A stretch of 43,171 bases of DNA from a virus (IMGVR_UViG_2939121850_000002:1-43171); one strand, 5' to 3'; positions 1 through 9,100 are shown, numbered from the stretch's first letter. Notes: generated by a model from the sequence alone, not told the origin. Translations and numbers: made by a program.

Positions 1-870
1 TTGCTTGACAGCTTCACCGAAAAAATGGCGCGAAATTTTCATTTCGAATATGGAACAGCGCGCGCCTGGGGATCTTTTGGCTATGCTATTGGCGCGTTCT
101 TTGCCGGCATATTTTTTAGTATCAGTCCCCATATCAACTTCTGGTTGGTCTCGCTATTTGGCGCTGTATTTATGATGATCAACATGTGTTTTAAAGATAA
201 GGATCACCAGTGCGTAGCGGCGGATGCGGGAGGGGTAAAAAAAGAGGATTTTATCGCAGTTTTCAAGGATCGAAACTTCTGGGTTTTCGTCATATTTATT
301 GTGGGGACGTGGTCTTTCTATAACATTTTTGATCAACAACTTTTTCCTGTCTTTTATGCAGGTTTATTCGAATCACACGATGTAGGAACGCGCCTGTATG
401 GTTATCTCAACTCATTCCAGGTGGTACTCGAAGCGCTATGCATGGCGATTATTCCTTTCTTTGTGAATCGGGTAGGGCCAAAAAATGCATTACTTATCGG
501 TGTTGTGATTATGGCGTTGCGTATCCTTTCCTGCGCGCTGTTCGTTAACCCCTGGATTATTTCATTAGTGAAGCTGTTACATGCTATTGAGGTTCCACTT
601 TGTGTCATATCCGTCTTCAAATACAGCGTGGCAAATTTTGATAAGCGCCTGTCGTCGACGATCTTTCTGATTGGTTTTCAAATTGCCAGTTCGCTTGGGA
701 TTGTGCTGCTTTCAACGCCGACTGGGATACTCTTTGACCACGCAGGCTACCAGACAGTTTTCTTCGCAATTTCGGGTATTGTCTGCCTGATGTTGCTATT
801 TGGCATTTTCTTCTTGAGTAAAAAACGCGAGCAAATAGTTATGGAAACGCCTGTACCTTCAGCAATATAG
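1..870 (+). CDS. cscB: LacY-family oligosaccharide:H+ symporter, C-terminal 289 aa (sucrose permease CscB-like); 5' end lies outside the window
   Basis: Translation aligns along its length with LacY-type motifs (EKMARNFHFEYGTARAWG, YNIFDQQLFPVFY, GPKNALLIGVVIMALRI, KLLHAIEVPLCVISVFKY). The csc locus is known to sit next to argW in some E. coli. First codon TTG is a window-edge artefact. Confidence 0.6.
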   Translation: MLDSFTEKMARNFHFEYGTARAWGSFGYAIGAFFAGIFFSISPHINFWLVSLFGAVFMMINMCFKDKDHQCVAADAGGVKKEDFIAVFKDRNFWVFVIFIVGTWSFYNIFDQQLFPVFYAGLFESHDVGTRLYGYLNSFQVVLEALCMAIIPFFVNRVGPKNALLIGVVIMALRILSCALFVNPWIISLVKLLHAIEVPLCVISVFKYSVANFDKRLSSTIFLIGFQIASSLGIVLLSTPTGILFDHAGYQTVFFAISGIVCLMLLFGIFFLSKKREQIVMETPVPSAI

Positions 871-1311
871 ACGTAAACTTTTTCCGGTTGTTGTCGATAG
901 CTCTATATCCCTCAACCGGAAAATAATAATAGTAAAATGCTTAGCCCTGCTAATAATCGCCTAATCCAAACGCCTCATTCATGTTCTGGTACAGTCGCTC
1001 AAATGTACTTCAGATGCGCGGTTCGCTGATTTCCAGGACATTGTCGTCATTCAGTGACCTGTCCCGTGTATCACGGTCCTGCGAATTCATCAAGGAATGC
1101 ATTGCGGAGTGAAGTATCGAGTCACGCCATATTTCGCTATCAGGATTCTGTGTGATGGTTACATCGCCCGGCCCAGGGCTGTTTAGTCATCAGCGCTTTC
1201 TGACAGTGCTGAGATTTCAACCTGTTGCAGTAAAAATGAGTAGATATAAGGCAAGTGTGCTGCCAAACCCATCTTTTACGGGGTGAAGGTAGATTTCGTT
1301 TGAAGGGTATC

Positions 1312-1326
1312 TGGTGTCCCCTGCAG
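1312..1326. repeat. Prophage attachment core, left copy (tggtgtcccctgcag); displaced host-type argW 3' end
   Basis: 14/15 identity with the 3' end of argW at 42089-42103 on the same strand; exact shared 11-mer gtcccctgcag. Brackets the whole phage gene set between torI and int. Confidence 0.6.
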
Positions 1327-1399
1327 ACATCTACTTGAAGCGGCAGGGGATTGATTGGAATGGTGTTTTTTAGATGTGAGAAATATTTTACCCGCTATT

Positions 1400-1600
1400 T
1401 TACCCATTGGCGCGGCTTAAGAGCTTATTTTTGAATTCACAATGGTCACGATATAACCATCTTGCTCGCCCGTGGATAACTTTGGCTTTTGGAAGGTCTC
1501 CGGACTTAATCCGAGCATAGATGAAGGTTTTACCGAAGCCAGTATCGGCCATGATGAATTTCAAATCAACCAGTGAATCAGGCTGTAGTTCGTGTTGCAT
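1400..1600 (-). CDS. torI: TorI-like excisionase / recombination directionality factor (AlpA-type winged helix), 66 aa
   Basis: 66-aa protein with FIMADTGFGKTFIYARIKSGDLPKAKVIHGRARWL, matching my recollection of KplE1/CPS-53 TorI. Sits at the prophage end opposite the integrase, as in KplE1. Confidence 0.7.
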   Translation of the reverse strand: MQHELQPDSLVDLKFIMADTGFGKTFIYARIKSGDLPKAKVIHGRARWLYRDHCEFKNKLLSRANG

Positions 1601-1619
1601 GAGTGCTATCTCCGAATAG

Positions 1620-1635
1620 GGAATCGAACCTGCAA
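1620..1635. repeat. Second argW-derived fragment (ggaatcgaacctgcaa, T-arm region) inside the prophage, upstream of torI
   Basis: 16/16 identity with argW positions 42103-42118, same orientation. In the tRNA this segment directly abuts the att core; here it lies 293 bp from the core with torI in between. Confidence 0.5.
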
Positions 1636-1973
1636 ATCAGGCAATAAAAAACCGCATTGATGCGGCGATGGTATGTCTGGATATCTTGAGAAATGAACAG
1701 GCCTCATCGAGTGTGAGGCGGTGTGATTTCTTTATTTCCACTCTTAATGTTTGTCAGTGAATGGTTTCTCCATCTCCATTAATGCCTTATTCATCTCATT
1801 TCGTAACTCTATAGCCATCCTGACGGCTTCAACTTGTGCAGGATGTCGGTTAATTGCTGGAGAATATCGTCGGGAACGAAGGATTGAGAAAACAAAGATA
1901 ATGCAAGCAACTATCTGAATTGCATTGCATGTTATTGATACAATGTGAATTGCAGCCATCTACTACCCAAAAT

Positions 1974-1993
1974 AAAAAACCGCCATCAGGCGG
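1974..1993 (-). terminator. Rho-independent terminator at the end of the early-left operon
   Basis: On the minus strand: GGCGG-tgat-CCGCC hairpin followed by T6 (plus-strand aaaaaa-ccgcc-atca-ggcgg). Confidence 0.45.
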
Positions 1994-2168
1994 CTTGGTG
2001 TTCTTTCAGTTCTTCAATTCGAATATTGGTTACGTCTGCATGTGCTATCTGCGCCCACAGCATCCAGTGGTCATAGCAGTCGCTGATGTTCTCGGCTTCG
2101 ATAACTCTGTTGAATGGCTCTCCATTCCATTCACCTGTGACTCGGAAGTGCATTTGTGATTTCTCCAA
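1986..2168 (-). CDS. Hypothetical small phage protein (60 aa)
   Basis: Last ORF of the minus-strand early operon, ends at the terminator; no recognisable motif. Confidence 0.35.
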   Translation of the reverse strand: MEKSQMHFRVTGEWNGEPFNRVIEAENISDCYDHWMLWAQIAHADVTNIRIEELKEHQAA

Positions 2169-2188
2169 AAGATGCTTGAGTGCGCTTC

Positions 2189-2500
2189 TTATTCGATTCG
2201 CACACCTGGTATTTCGCCTTTTGAAATGGCTAAGTCATAAATTTGCGCAGCACTATACCCATCTCGCATCCATGAATCTAAGGCGCGAACAGCCTCGCTA
2301 CGCTTTTTATCTTCTCTCTCATTTTTGATATCAACGAGGACATCAACGCAATTAATGCATATGTGGATTTTGTCCTTACATTCGATCATGGCGGCTTTGC
2401 CATGATTTCCGCCACACAGTGAGCATAAATCTTCAGGGTCTGGCTGGTATTTCTGTAACGTTAGAGGGTTTAATGTTGAACAGACCATAATCATCTCCAT
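2189..2500 (-). CDS. Hypothetical Cys-rich (zinc-ribbon-like) phage protein, 103 aa
   Basis: CxxC...CxxC pattern (CSLCGG ... CINCVD); same strand and tight spacing with neighbouring early-left genes. Confidence 0.45.
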   Translation of the reverse strand: MEMIMVCSTLNPLTLQKYQPDPEDLCSLCGGNHGKAAMIECKDKIHICINCVDVLVDIKNEREDKKRSEAVRALDSWMRDGYSAAQIYDLAISKGEIPGVRIE

Positions 2501-2674
2501 AAAACAAAACCCGCCGTAGCGAGTTCAGATAAAAGAAATCCCCGTCAGTGCGAGGATTGTTAGTTGCGCTCTGCTGCTGCCTTAGCCATTACCATATCCA
2601 CCAAACTTCACCAGACATGATTCTCGCAATCACTATCATCACCAAAGTGATAATCACAACTTTAACTGGCGGCA

Positions 2675-3292
2675 TCATTCACCATCCTGCTCCGGCGGTT
2701 CAGGAATCGCCATCCATCTGATTACATCGCAATTACGTAGGCTGATGTCATCTCCAAGCCATCCTTGACCTTCAGACCAGCATTGCACGTAATACCCGTC
2801 TGCGGCGTCAACTACGCACCACTGCGCGTCGTTCGGCATTCGCTCACTACAGCTTATCCAACCATCCGGAGTTACCGGATAGTTGCCGGGTTCTTTAATG
2901 TGCAAGCGAGGCTCACCATCTTTTGGCTCAGGCCACTGGCGCTCCATGTTGATCTTCAATTTATCTTCCATAGCAGCGGTAATTTCAGCATCGCTGATGC
3001 CAGCACGGCGCTGTGCATCCCACAACAGAAACTGCATATCAGCCCACTCGCTAAGATCGTCTGGTTCGGCTGCGGCTTCCAGTGCCTCTTTTGAGAGATG
3101 TTTCAGCGGACCAATGGGGCCAACGCAGCCAAATGTGGAGTCAGACCATTTGGCATGCTCGTGGCGAATCTGTTCGCGTTCCAGTGATGCCAGTGCAATT
3201 CGTGCCAGTTCCATTTGTTCGCCACGAGTAAGTCCGTTATCAAGCGGATTTTTAATGAATAATTTGATACGTTCTTTGGTTATAGCGCTCAT
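2675..3292 (-). CDS. DUF551-domain early-left protein
   Basis: C-terminal PDGWISCSERMP...WCVV...RWMAIPEPP resembles the DUF551 signature common in enterobacterial prophages. Likely start is the Met at 3292, overlapping the upstream stop (ORF-track start 3334). Confidence 0.5.
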   Translation of the reverse strand: MSAITKERIKLFIKNPLDNGLTRGEQMELARIALASLEREQIRHEHAKWSDSTFGCVGPIGPLKHLSKEALEAAAEPDDLSEWADMQFLLWDAQRRAGISDAEITAAMEDKLKINMERQWPEPKDGEPRLHIKEPGNYPVTPDGWISCSERMPNDAQWCVVDAADGYYVQCWSEGQGWLGDDISLRNCDVIRWMAIPEPPEQDGE

Positions 3293-3293
3293 A

Positions 3294-3719
3294 TCACTCT
3301 CCTTTGATGCGAATGCCAGTAGCGCGGATTGCATCGATGACTTCAGAAACTTTGTATGCCATTACCGTTTGGTAATCCTCGTTAAAATCTGTTCGATGAA
3401 GCATACTGCTACGTTCCGGGAGCAGTATTTCCCGCGCTTCCAGTTCAGCAATGCGCTTACTTCCATCCGAGATTACTCCCTCGTAATATTCACGCTGCTC
3501 GTTGAGTTTTGATTTTGCCAACTCCAGTTGCTTTGTTAGTTCCGCAATACGGCAAACATCGTTGATACGCGTTTCCTCTAATGCGTTGAGATCACCCAGC
3601 AGCGCCAGCACAATCGATGGTGTTACCAGCTCATGGAAAAGGTCCGCGTCAAATCCCCAGTCGTCATGCATTGCCTGCTCTGCCGCCTCACGCAGTACCT
3701 GATAGTCAATATCGCTCAC
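3294..3719 (-). CDS. Ead/Ea22-like early-left protein (coiled-coil)
   Basis: EYYEGVISDGSKRIAELEARE-type coiled-coil segment typical of Ea22-like proteins. GTG start at 3719 is preceded by a strong AAGGAGG; the longer ORF-track start (3911) would overlap the Lar-like gene. Confidence 0.5.
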   Translation of the reverse strand: MSDIDYQVLREAAEQAMHDDWGFDADLFHELVTPSIVLALLGDLNALEETRINDVCRIAELTKQLELAKSKLNEQREYYEGVISDGSKRIAELEAREILLPERSSMLHRTDFNEDYQTVMAYKVSEVIDAIRATGIRIKGE

Positions 3720-3939
3720 TGGTTGCCTCCTTTGCTCGCTGATTCCACTCTGCTCTAACCTCTGAATAAAAAATCGCGCAGTCATTTCCAGGCGCTGCAT
3801 ATTTGCTACCAGATTGAGCGCGACACGTACCGCATCGAACGAAATAGAATCGACCGCCAGAGCCATATTCAGGGTGATCTGCTTCGCTGGCAACGTGCGC
3901 TGCACCGCCACAGAATGGACATGGTAGTAGGTTGCTCAT
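3706..3939 (-). CDS. Lar-family restriction-alleviation-like zinc-ribbon protein (77 aa)
   Basis: N-terminal [12 protein letters not shown] ... CGTC motif as in the Lar family; ATGA start/stop overlap with the upstream gene. Confidence 0.5.
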   Translation of the reverse strand: MSNLLPCPFCGGAAHVASEADHPEYGSGGRFYFVRCGTCRAQSGSKYAAPGNDCAIFYSEVRAEWNQRAKEATSERY

Positions 3940-4496
3940 GAATGCACTCCCTTGTGAAGCTGTTCCGCACAATGCAGCAGGGCGTCAGTCGCCTCTTTCA
4001 CCGTAACGCAGTCGCCATCGTCCAGCCCGGACACCGACGCGTGCTTAACGAACGCCGCGCAAAGGTCATCAAACGCCTTAGCCCGGACTTCAGCCAGGAA
4101 AGCATCGGTGGCTGGGGTGTCTGATTGCATAGACTTTGCGCGATAATCATTCCACCCTCTTGCATATATGGGATTAACTTGCACCCCATCTTTTACGCAA
4201 TATGCCTGCCCTCCACGGTTGATAACCTTGATTTCGTCCATAGCGCCAGACTTCAGCCCCGCATTCTCCGCCGCCAGCGCCGAAAACTTCTCGTGTGCCA
4301 ACTTAACAGCCGCATCAGCCTGCTTAATTGACTCAATCGCTTTCTGGTGGTCTTCGGACAGAGCCGAAATCTTGGCCTCCGCTTCAGCAAATTTACGCAC
4401 CAGATATTCACCGTTTGTTTCGTTAACCTTTAAATCTCGTGGGATGCATTGACCTTTCAGAAAACCATCCATCTCAATTAGTGACATTTGTTTCAT
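3936..4496 (-). CDS. Hypothetical early-left protein (186 aa, coiled-coil N-terminus)
   Basis: Unambiguous ORF, translationally coupled to the Lar-like gene; no motif recognised. Confidence 0.45.
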   Translation of the reverse strand: MKQMSLIEMDGFLKGQCIPRDLKVNETNGEYLVRKFAEAEAKISALSEDHQKAIESIKQADAAVKLAHEKFSALAAENAGLKSGAMDEIKVINRGGQAYCVKDGVQVNPIYARGWNDYRAKSMQSDTPATDAFLAEVRAKAFDDLCAAFVKHASVSGLDDGDCVTVKEATDALLHCAEQLHKGVHS

Positions 4497-4653
4497 TTCT
4501 TCCCACTCCGCAACATCGCATTCAGATATTTGTTTTGATTCACTGATGGAAAAGAATTTCTCTTAAGCAATTCCTCTCTCGATGGCATTGGCTTTACGCG
4601 TTGGAGAATAATCATTTCTGCCGGAAGAATGCCGGGATTGTATGCAAGTCCTC

Positions 4654-4944
4654 TCATGATTTACTCTCCACGAACTGGTCAATAGCCATGCTAAGTGACA
4701 CACCTAAAGTCTCGATATGTTGCTGAATATCCTGTAGCGTCTGCGCCTGAGATAACAGGATTTCACGGTTGCATAATTCTTTAACCAGATGCTCAAACTT
4801 GCTGTAATAACCGATACGGCTTAGTGTTTCTTTCCCTGCATTCTCGCCTTCTTTTATAATTCCTCTTTCGCTAAGAATCAGATCGTGTTTGGTTCCGGTA
4901 ATAACGTATTTTCCGAGGTCGATGTTTAGCTTCATTGTTTTCAT
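4654..4944 (-). CDS. Hypothetical early-left protein (~96 aa)
   Basis: ORF in the operon; the internal Met at 4944 avoids overlap with the upstream gene. Confidence 0.4.
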   Translation of the reverse strand: MKTMKLNIDLGKYVITGTKHDLILSERGIIKEGENAGKETLSRIGYYSKFEHLVKELCNREILLSQAQTLQDIQQHIETLGVSLSMAIDQFVESKS

Positions 4945-4954
4945 TGTTAATTCC

Positions 4955-5248
4955 TCAGTCATTACTGATAGCGCCATAGCGTGAGCGGTAATTACGCAGG
5001 CGCGGGTCAATTTCAGGGAAGTGGGTATATGTGGCTTTGCGGAATGGTCGGATTGATGTCTGGTAAATTCGCTCGCGTTCTTCTTTCTCTGCAAGCCATA
5101 TACAGTGGCGAAATTCCTTTTCCTCTTTCGTTTCCTGCGGTAGCGACATTATCCGATCGTAGTTTTTTCTGAATTTATCCAGCACCTCCGATACGGAATT
5201 GCCGGAACAGCGGCGCGCGTCATCCGCACCATACAAAGGCGCTGGCAT
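4955..5248 (-). CDS. Hypothetical early-left protein (97 aa)
   Basis: ORF immediately downstream of ssb on the same strand. Confidence 0.4.
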   Translation of the reverse strand: MPAPLYGADDARRCSGNSVSEVLDKFRKNYDRIMSLPQETKEEKEFRHCIWLAEKEERERIYQTSIRPFRKATYTHFPEIDPRLRNYRSRYGAISND

Positions 5249-5261
5249 GTTTTTCTCCTGA

Positions 5262-5768
5262 TTAAATTGCGTGAATAGCGTGACGAGGGAAGGGGAGAGT
5301 TACTGGTGCAAAGGGTATATCGTCGTCAAAATCCATCGGAGGTTCGTTGTGTTGTGCTGGTGATGATTGCTGCTGTGGCTTCTGTGATTGCCTGCTGGCT
5401 GCTTGTTGTTTGCTGTCGCCAATGCCGCCAAGCATTTGCATCACGCCATTAATTCCGACATGAACCTCGGTTGTGTAACGGTCTTGCCCTGACTGGTCTT
5501 TCCACTTTCTGGTTCTCAGCATTCCCTCGAAATAAATCTGATCACCTTTTTTCACATACTGCCCCACGACCTCAGCCAGTTTCCCGGATACAGCAACACG
5601 ATGCCATTCAGTCAATTCCTTTTGCTCGCCAGTATTTTTATCTCGCCATTGTTCTGACGTGGCTATTGTCAGGTTAGCGAACGCTGTTCCTGATGGTGAG
5701 TATCGAACTTCCGGGTCTTGTCCTACCCGACCAAGGATAATCACCTTATTTATCCCGCGAGAACTCAT
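5262..5768 (-). CDS. ssb: Phage single-stranded DNA-binding protein (SSB) with an atypical 15-aa C-terminal extension
   Basis: OB-fold N-terminus ([20 protein letters not shown]), Gln/Pro-rich linker, MDFDDDIPF acidic tip; the frame then continues [15 protein letters not shown] before the stop. Confidence 0.85.
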   Translation of the reverse strand: MSSRGINKVIILGRVGQDPEVRYSPSGTAFANLTIATSEQWRDKNTGEQKELTEWHRVAVSGKLAEVVGQYVKKGDQIYFEGMLRTRKWKDQSGQDRYTTEVHVGINGVMQMLGGIGDSKQQAASRQSQKPQQQSSPAQHNEPPMDFDDDIPFAPVTLPFPRHAIHAI

Positions 5769-6232
5769 TTGCTCCACCTCTTGCCAGTTTTTATGTTGCT
5801 TATAATTGATTGAGATACACCCATGTCTTTTGCTATCTTGTACTGACTCTCTTTTTCAGAGAGTCTTTTCCTAATTTCTATAACCTGCCACTCTGTTAAT
5901 TTTGCACCATGATGAGCATGACCTTTCTTGGCTCCACGATGCCTTCCTTTTGCTATCTTGTCGTCCATATTTTCTTGCGCGCTACCTAAAAAGAGATGTT
6001 CAGGATTAACGCAGCATGGGTTATCGCATTTGTGGCAAACCATCTTCCCAGATGGAATGGGGGAGTGATAAAGCTCAAAAGCAACCCGATGAGAAAGCAT
6101 TGTTACGCCAAAGGCTACAAATTTTGTGTATCCTCCTTTGTTTTTTGAATAGGTAGACTCCCAGCATCCTGTTGTTTCATTAACTTTGTAGCTGGACTCG
6201 AATCTTTTAATAATTCCGTCCAAGTGAGACAT
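5765..6232 (-). CDS. HNH homing endonuclease with C-terminal helix-turn-helix
   Basis: [21 protein letters not shown] motif plus a C-terminal HTH-like segment ([23 protein letters not shown]); inserted between the annealing protein gene and ssb. Confidence 0.75.
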   Translation of the reverse strand: MSHLDGIIKRFESSYKVNETTGCWESTYSKNKGGYTKFVAFGVTMLSHRVAFELYHSPIPSGKMVCHKCDNPCCVNPEHLFLGSAQENMDDKIAKGRHRGAKKGHAHHGAKLTEWQVIEIRKRLSEKESQYKIAKDMGVSQSIISNIKTGKRWSK

Positions 6233-6940
6233 TTATGCCGCCTGTTTTAGTTCGTTAACTCTGATGTTCATTACCTGAACGCATTTAGCCTGCGCCTCCT
6301 CGTTGCCAGCCATTAATTGCCAGTCACGCTGATAACGCTCGATGAGTTTTTTCTTGTCAGTTTCTGTTGACGCATAATCGCTGAAGTCTTTCAGGATTTG
6401 TTCGCAGTCAACCGATGGAGATTTCTGGTTGGTATTTTCTGGTGATGGTTTGTTATCTGATGCTGGGATTGCCCAGCCCGGCAGCGATGGAGGGAGCCAG
6501 TAAAATCCTGTTCCATCCTTCAGTTTTGCCCTGTGCCACCCCTGCTTTTTATCGAGAGATGTTTGTGCGAAACCTTCCTCAAGGTTATACAGATACCGAC
6601 CGATTCCCCATTGAACGGCAGCGCGCTTCATTGCACCGGAACGACCACCTTTGACGGCTTCTACCTGCGTGTTTTCAGCAGCATCCCATTTGGTTACCCA
6701 TTCGGAATCAATCTTTATTGATATGCCGCATTCAACGCCGCCGTTGTTGGGAATATCGCGGTATTCATTGCGCCATCCTGCTTTGCCGCAAACATCGTCC
6801 AGGCGTTTCATGATTGCCCGGTTCGTTACATAAGCCAGCACCATAGCCCACACCTTGCCATCGCGTGTTTTACCGCTTTGCTGTATTCGCCATTCGATAT
6901 CTTCAGGGCTGAATGGCTCATCGAATTTATTCAAATTCAT
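6233..6940 (-). CDS. Rad52/Rad22-family single-strand annealing protein (Sak-like recombinase)
   Basis: Resembles the Rad52 N-terminal domain (AYVTNRAIMKRLDDVCGKAGW ... AVQWGIGRYLY); occupies the bet/erf position of the early-left operon. Confidence 0.6.
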   Translation of the reverse strand: MNLNKFDEPFSPEDIEWRIQQSGKTRDGKVWAMVLAYVTNRAIMKRLDDVCGKAGWRNEYRDIPNNGGVECGISIKIDSEWVTKWDAAENTQVEAVKGGRSGAMKRAAVQWGIGRYLYNLEEGFAQTSLDKKQGWHRAKLKDGTGFYWLPPSLPGWAIPASDNKPSPENTNQKSPSVDCEQILKDFSDYASTETDKKKLIERYQRDWQLMAGNEEAQAKCVQVMNIRVNELKQAA

Positions 6941-7027
6941 AATTCACCTCAGAATGGACATGGCCCAAGGAAATAACGCTGATTTAATACTTCAGTCTTT
7001 GCCGCATTTAAAAATACGCGAACACCT

Positions 7028-7198
7028 TCACGATCTCCCTTCTGGCGATACATTAACGCCTGCTGCGTGTACATGCGTCTCTGTAACTTGCTCTCCTTCA
7101 CTGTGGTTGCAAGTGACATGCATATCTCCTTCGTTACCGATTAAATCTTTCATCTGACGAATGAATTCTTCGTCTGACCAGTTATCTGTAAAACTCAT
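7028..7198 (-). CDS. Small hypothetical protein at the kil position (57 aa)
   Basis: ATG at 7198 overlaps the cIII stop (ATGA); synteny only. Confidence 0.3.
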   Translation of the reverse strand: MSFTDNWSDEEFIRQMKDLIGNEGDMHVTCNHSEGEQVTETHVHAAGVNVSPEGRS

Positions 7199-7365
7199 GG
7201 ACGGCCTTGTTGTTTCAAAATATCCCAAAGCTTTTCGAGCAAACTTTTCATTCTTGGTTGTTTAAAGTCTGCTCCGGTTAAAATATTTTTTCGTGAATGC
7301 TGTACCGATAAAATCGGGTTGAAAGGGCGAACCGATGCCGCCCCTGCAATAGCGAACTGTTGCAT
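7195..7365 (-). CDS. cIII: CIII-like protein (56 aa), not in the ORF track because it is under 60 aa
   Basis: Hand translation: MQQFAIAGAASVRPFNPILSVQHSRKNILTGADFKQPRMKSLLEKLWDILKQQGRP. The MQ.AIAG N-terminus and central amphipathic helix resemble lambda CIII; AAGGAG RBS 6 nt upstream. Confidence 0.5.
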   Translation of the reverse strand: MQQFAIAGAASVRPFNPILSVQHSRKNILTGADFKQPRMKSLLEKLWDILKQQGRP

Positions 7366-7440
7366 AGGATGCTCCTTCTGTTTGATTGCATAACGAAAAC
7401 GCCTCGAGTGAAGCGTTATTGGTATGCGGTAAAGCCGCGC

Positions 7441-7752
7441 TTAGGCGGCTGATGTTTCTTCTTTCAGGCTTTCGAGATATTTACGTGGGTCGTCGTAACA
7501 TTGGCATTCGCTGTACCAATCCACCCAGCGATCAGTAAGCCCCATCTCTGATAAATCTTCATCGGTAAGGCTCTCATCCCACATCTCAAGGCCGTTAGCA
7601 TTGCAGTAATCAGGCTTGATGTTGTTGTCATACTGAAAGGCGTCATAATCAGCCAGTGCGTCCATCAGGCGAACACCCTCTTCAACACTTGCCACTTCTA
7701 CAATGAACGGCTTCATAGGTACTTGCGGGATATGCCAGACACGTAATTTCAT
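7441..7752 (-). CDS. Hypothetical acidic early-left protein (104 aa)
   Basis: Start at 7752 is preceded by GGAGGA; no family recognised. Confidence 0.45.
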   Translation of the reverse strand: MKLRVWHIPQVPMKPFIVEVASVEEGVRLMDALADYDAFQYDNNIKPDYCNANGLEMWDESLTDEDLSEMGLTDRWVDWYSECQCYDDPRKYLESLKEETSAA

Positions 7753-7927
7753 ATATCCTCCATCAAAAAAATTGCCCTCACACTGGAGGGCAAAGAAGAT
7801 TTCCAATAATCAGAACAAGTCGGCTCCTGTTTAGTTACGAGCGACATTGCTCCGTGTATTCACTCGTTGGAATGAATACACAGTGCAATGTTTATTCTGT
7901 TGTTTATGCCAAAAATAAAGGCCACCA

Positions 7928-8179
7928 TCAGGCAGCCTTGTTGTAAATGTTGCAGGTATCAAGTAAGTAATTAGATGGAGCGCCATAAATTATGAATTCA
8001 TCGTTTGTCGGGTCCATCTCCATCTCTTGGCCTATTGCCATTCTTGCGTCAGTGTCGTCAGCGGCGAAGCATAAAACAGCCCACGCACCCATTGTTTTAA
8101 AAAGAACTGCAATTGGCTGTGGTTTTACTGAATTTGCGTTAGCGCGAAAATCACAAATCGCACTTTCATGAAACTCCAT
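7928..8179 (-). CDS. Hypothetical early-left protein (83 aa)
   Basis: In the ral/ea10 position between N and cIII; the C-terminus (...NKAA) is faintly Ral-like, but this is weak. Confidence 0.35.
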   Translation of the reverse strand: MEFHESAICDFRANANSVKPQPIAVLFKTMGAWAVLCFAADDTDARMAIGQEMEMDPTNDEFIIYGAPSNYLLDTCNIYNKAA

Positions 8180-8241
8180 ATCTCACCTCAAATAAGTGGT
8201 TTGCTGCCAAAACAATGAACCATCCGGAAATTCCAGATAGT

Positions 8242-8469
8242 TCATAATTCACTCTTCAATACTTCCAACTTACTAATCGCCGATAGATATCCGCGCTGAT
8301 AGGGCATCATCATTCCTTCGAGCTTGCCACTTCTTAACTCCTCCCTGAGCAATTGTATTGCTTGATCAATAACCTCTGCCTTAGCGTCCTTTATGGCTTG
8401 CTTTCGGGGCTTTGCTTTCTGCTTTGACAGATTTCTCAAGCATGATGGAATGTATGTCTGATTCATCAC
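8242..8469 (-). CDS. Hypothetical early-left protein (75 aa)
   Basis: ORF directly downstream of N on the same strand. Confidence 0.4.
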   Translation of the reverse strand: MMNQTYIPSCLRNLSKQKAKPRKQAIKDAKAEVIDQAIQLLREELRSGKLEGMMMPYQRGYLSAISKLEVLKSEL

Positions 8470-8733
8470 TTACCTCGCTGTAACCTGCTTACTTGTACGA
8501 TGACCAGCTGCGAAAAGCGCAACTTCTGGCAGGCAGACAGTACCACCTTCAACTTCCTTCTGAAGCGTTCCGGCAAGCGAAATGGCTTTTGTTACGCGTG
8601 TACTGCATGTGCTATTTGCTACCCGGCGCGAAAGAGAAGCGTCCTGCATTGCCTGCTCACGTTGAGCCTGTCTGCGTGCTCTGCGGCGATTTCTGGCGTT
8701 ATCGTCAGCCAGATATGTAATGACTACTGTCAT
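8470..8733 (-). CDS. N: N-type transcription antiterminator (P22 gene 24-like)
   Basis: Arg-rich N-terminus (NARNRRRARRQAQREQ) and C-terminal RVTKAISLAGTLQKEVEGGTVCLPEVALFAAGHRTSKQVTAR as recalled for P22 gp24; first gene downstream of OL/pL. Confidence 0.6.
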   Translation of the reverse strand: MTVVITYLADDNARNRRRARRQAQREQAMQDASLSRRVANSTCSTRVTKAISLAGTLQKEVEGGTVCLPEVALFAAGHRTSKQVTAR

Positions 8734-8928
8734 GTTGACCTCCGATGATTGACTTTGGCGGTGACGCGCCGGGTGCTTATCTTCCGGTTGCCGTCGTGCA
8801 GCTGCACTTCACGTCACCCCAAAGCCAACTACTCTTTGGTTCCCGCATTTCGGCGGGACAATCCCATCAATGTTAAAGAGCCTGCCAATCTGTTCCGTTT
8901 GGCTTCCAGCGTCCTGCTGATGGCTAAA

Positions 8929-9015
8929 GAATACTGTAGGTATTTTATTGTGTAAATACCCAAGGTATTTATTTTTGATGAAATAATGATAAGCAAATGA
9001 ATACAAAGGATATTT
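8929..9015. promoter_or_regulatory. OL operator cluster / pL region: three AATAC-N5-GTATT sites
   Basis: GAATACTGTAGGTATTT (8929-8945), AAATACCCAAGGTATTT (8954-8970), GAATACAAAGGATATTT (8999-9015); same half-site as the OR sites. Confidence 0.55.
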
Positions 9016-9100
9016 ATTTTTTCGGTGTCTGCTTGTTCAGTGCTTTTTATGCGGGATATGTGAAGTGGATCCCGATAGCTATTGCTGCCGGGATTATAGG

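Noticed and set aside
882-921. 9-bp inverted repeat (ttccggttg ... caaccggaa) after the cscB stop as an intrinsic terminator
   Set aside because: The 22-nt loop and absence of a T-run make a canonical terminator unlikely; possibly a REP-like or regulatory hairpin, not called.
1744-1959. 71-aa minus-strand ORF between torI and the early-left terminator
   Set aside because: No clear RBS and a hydrophobic, low-complexity N-terminus; could be a short real gene from an internal Met, but the evidence is insufficient to call it.
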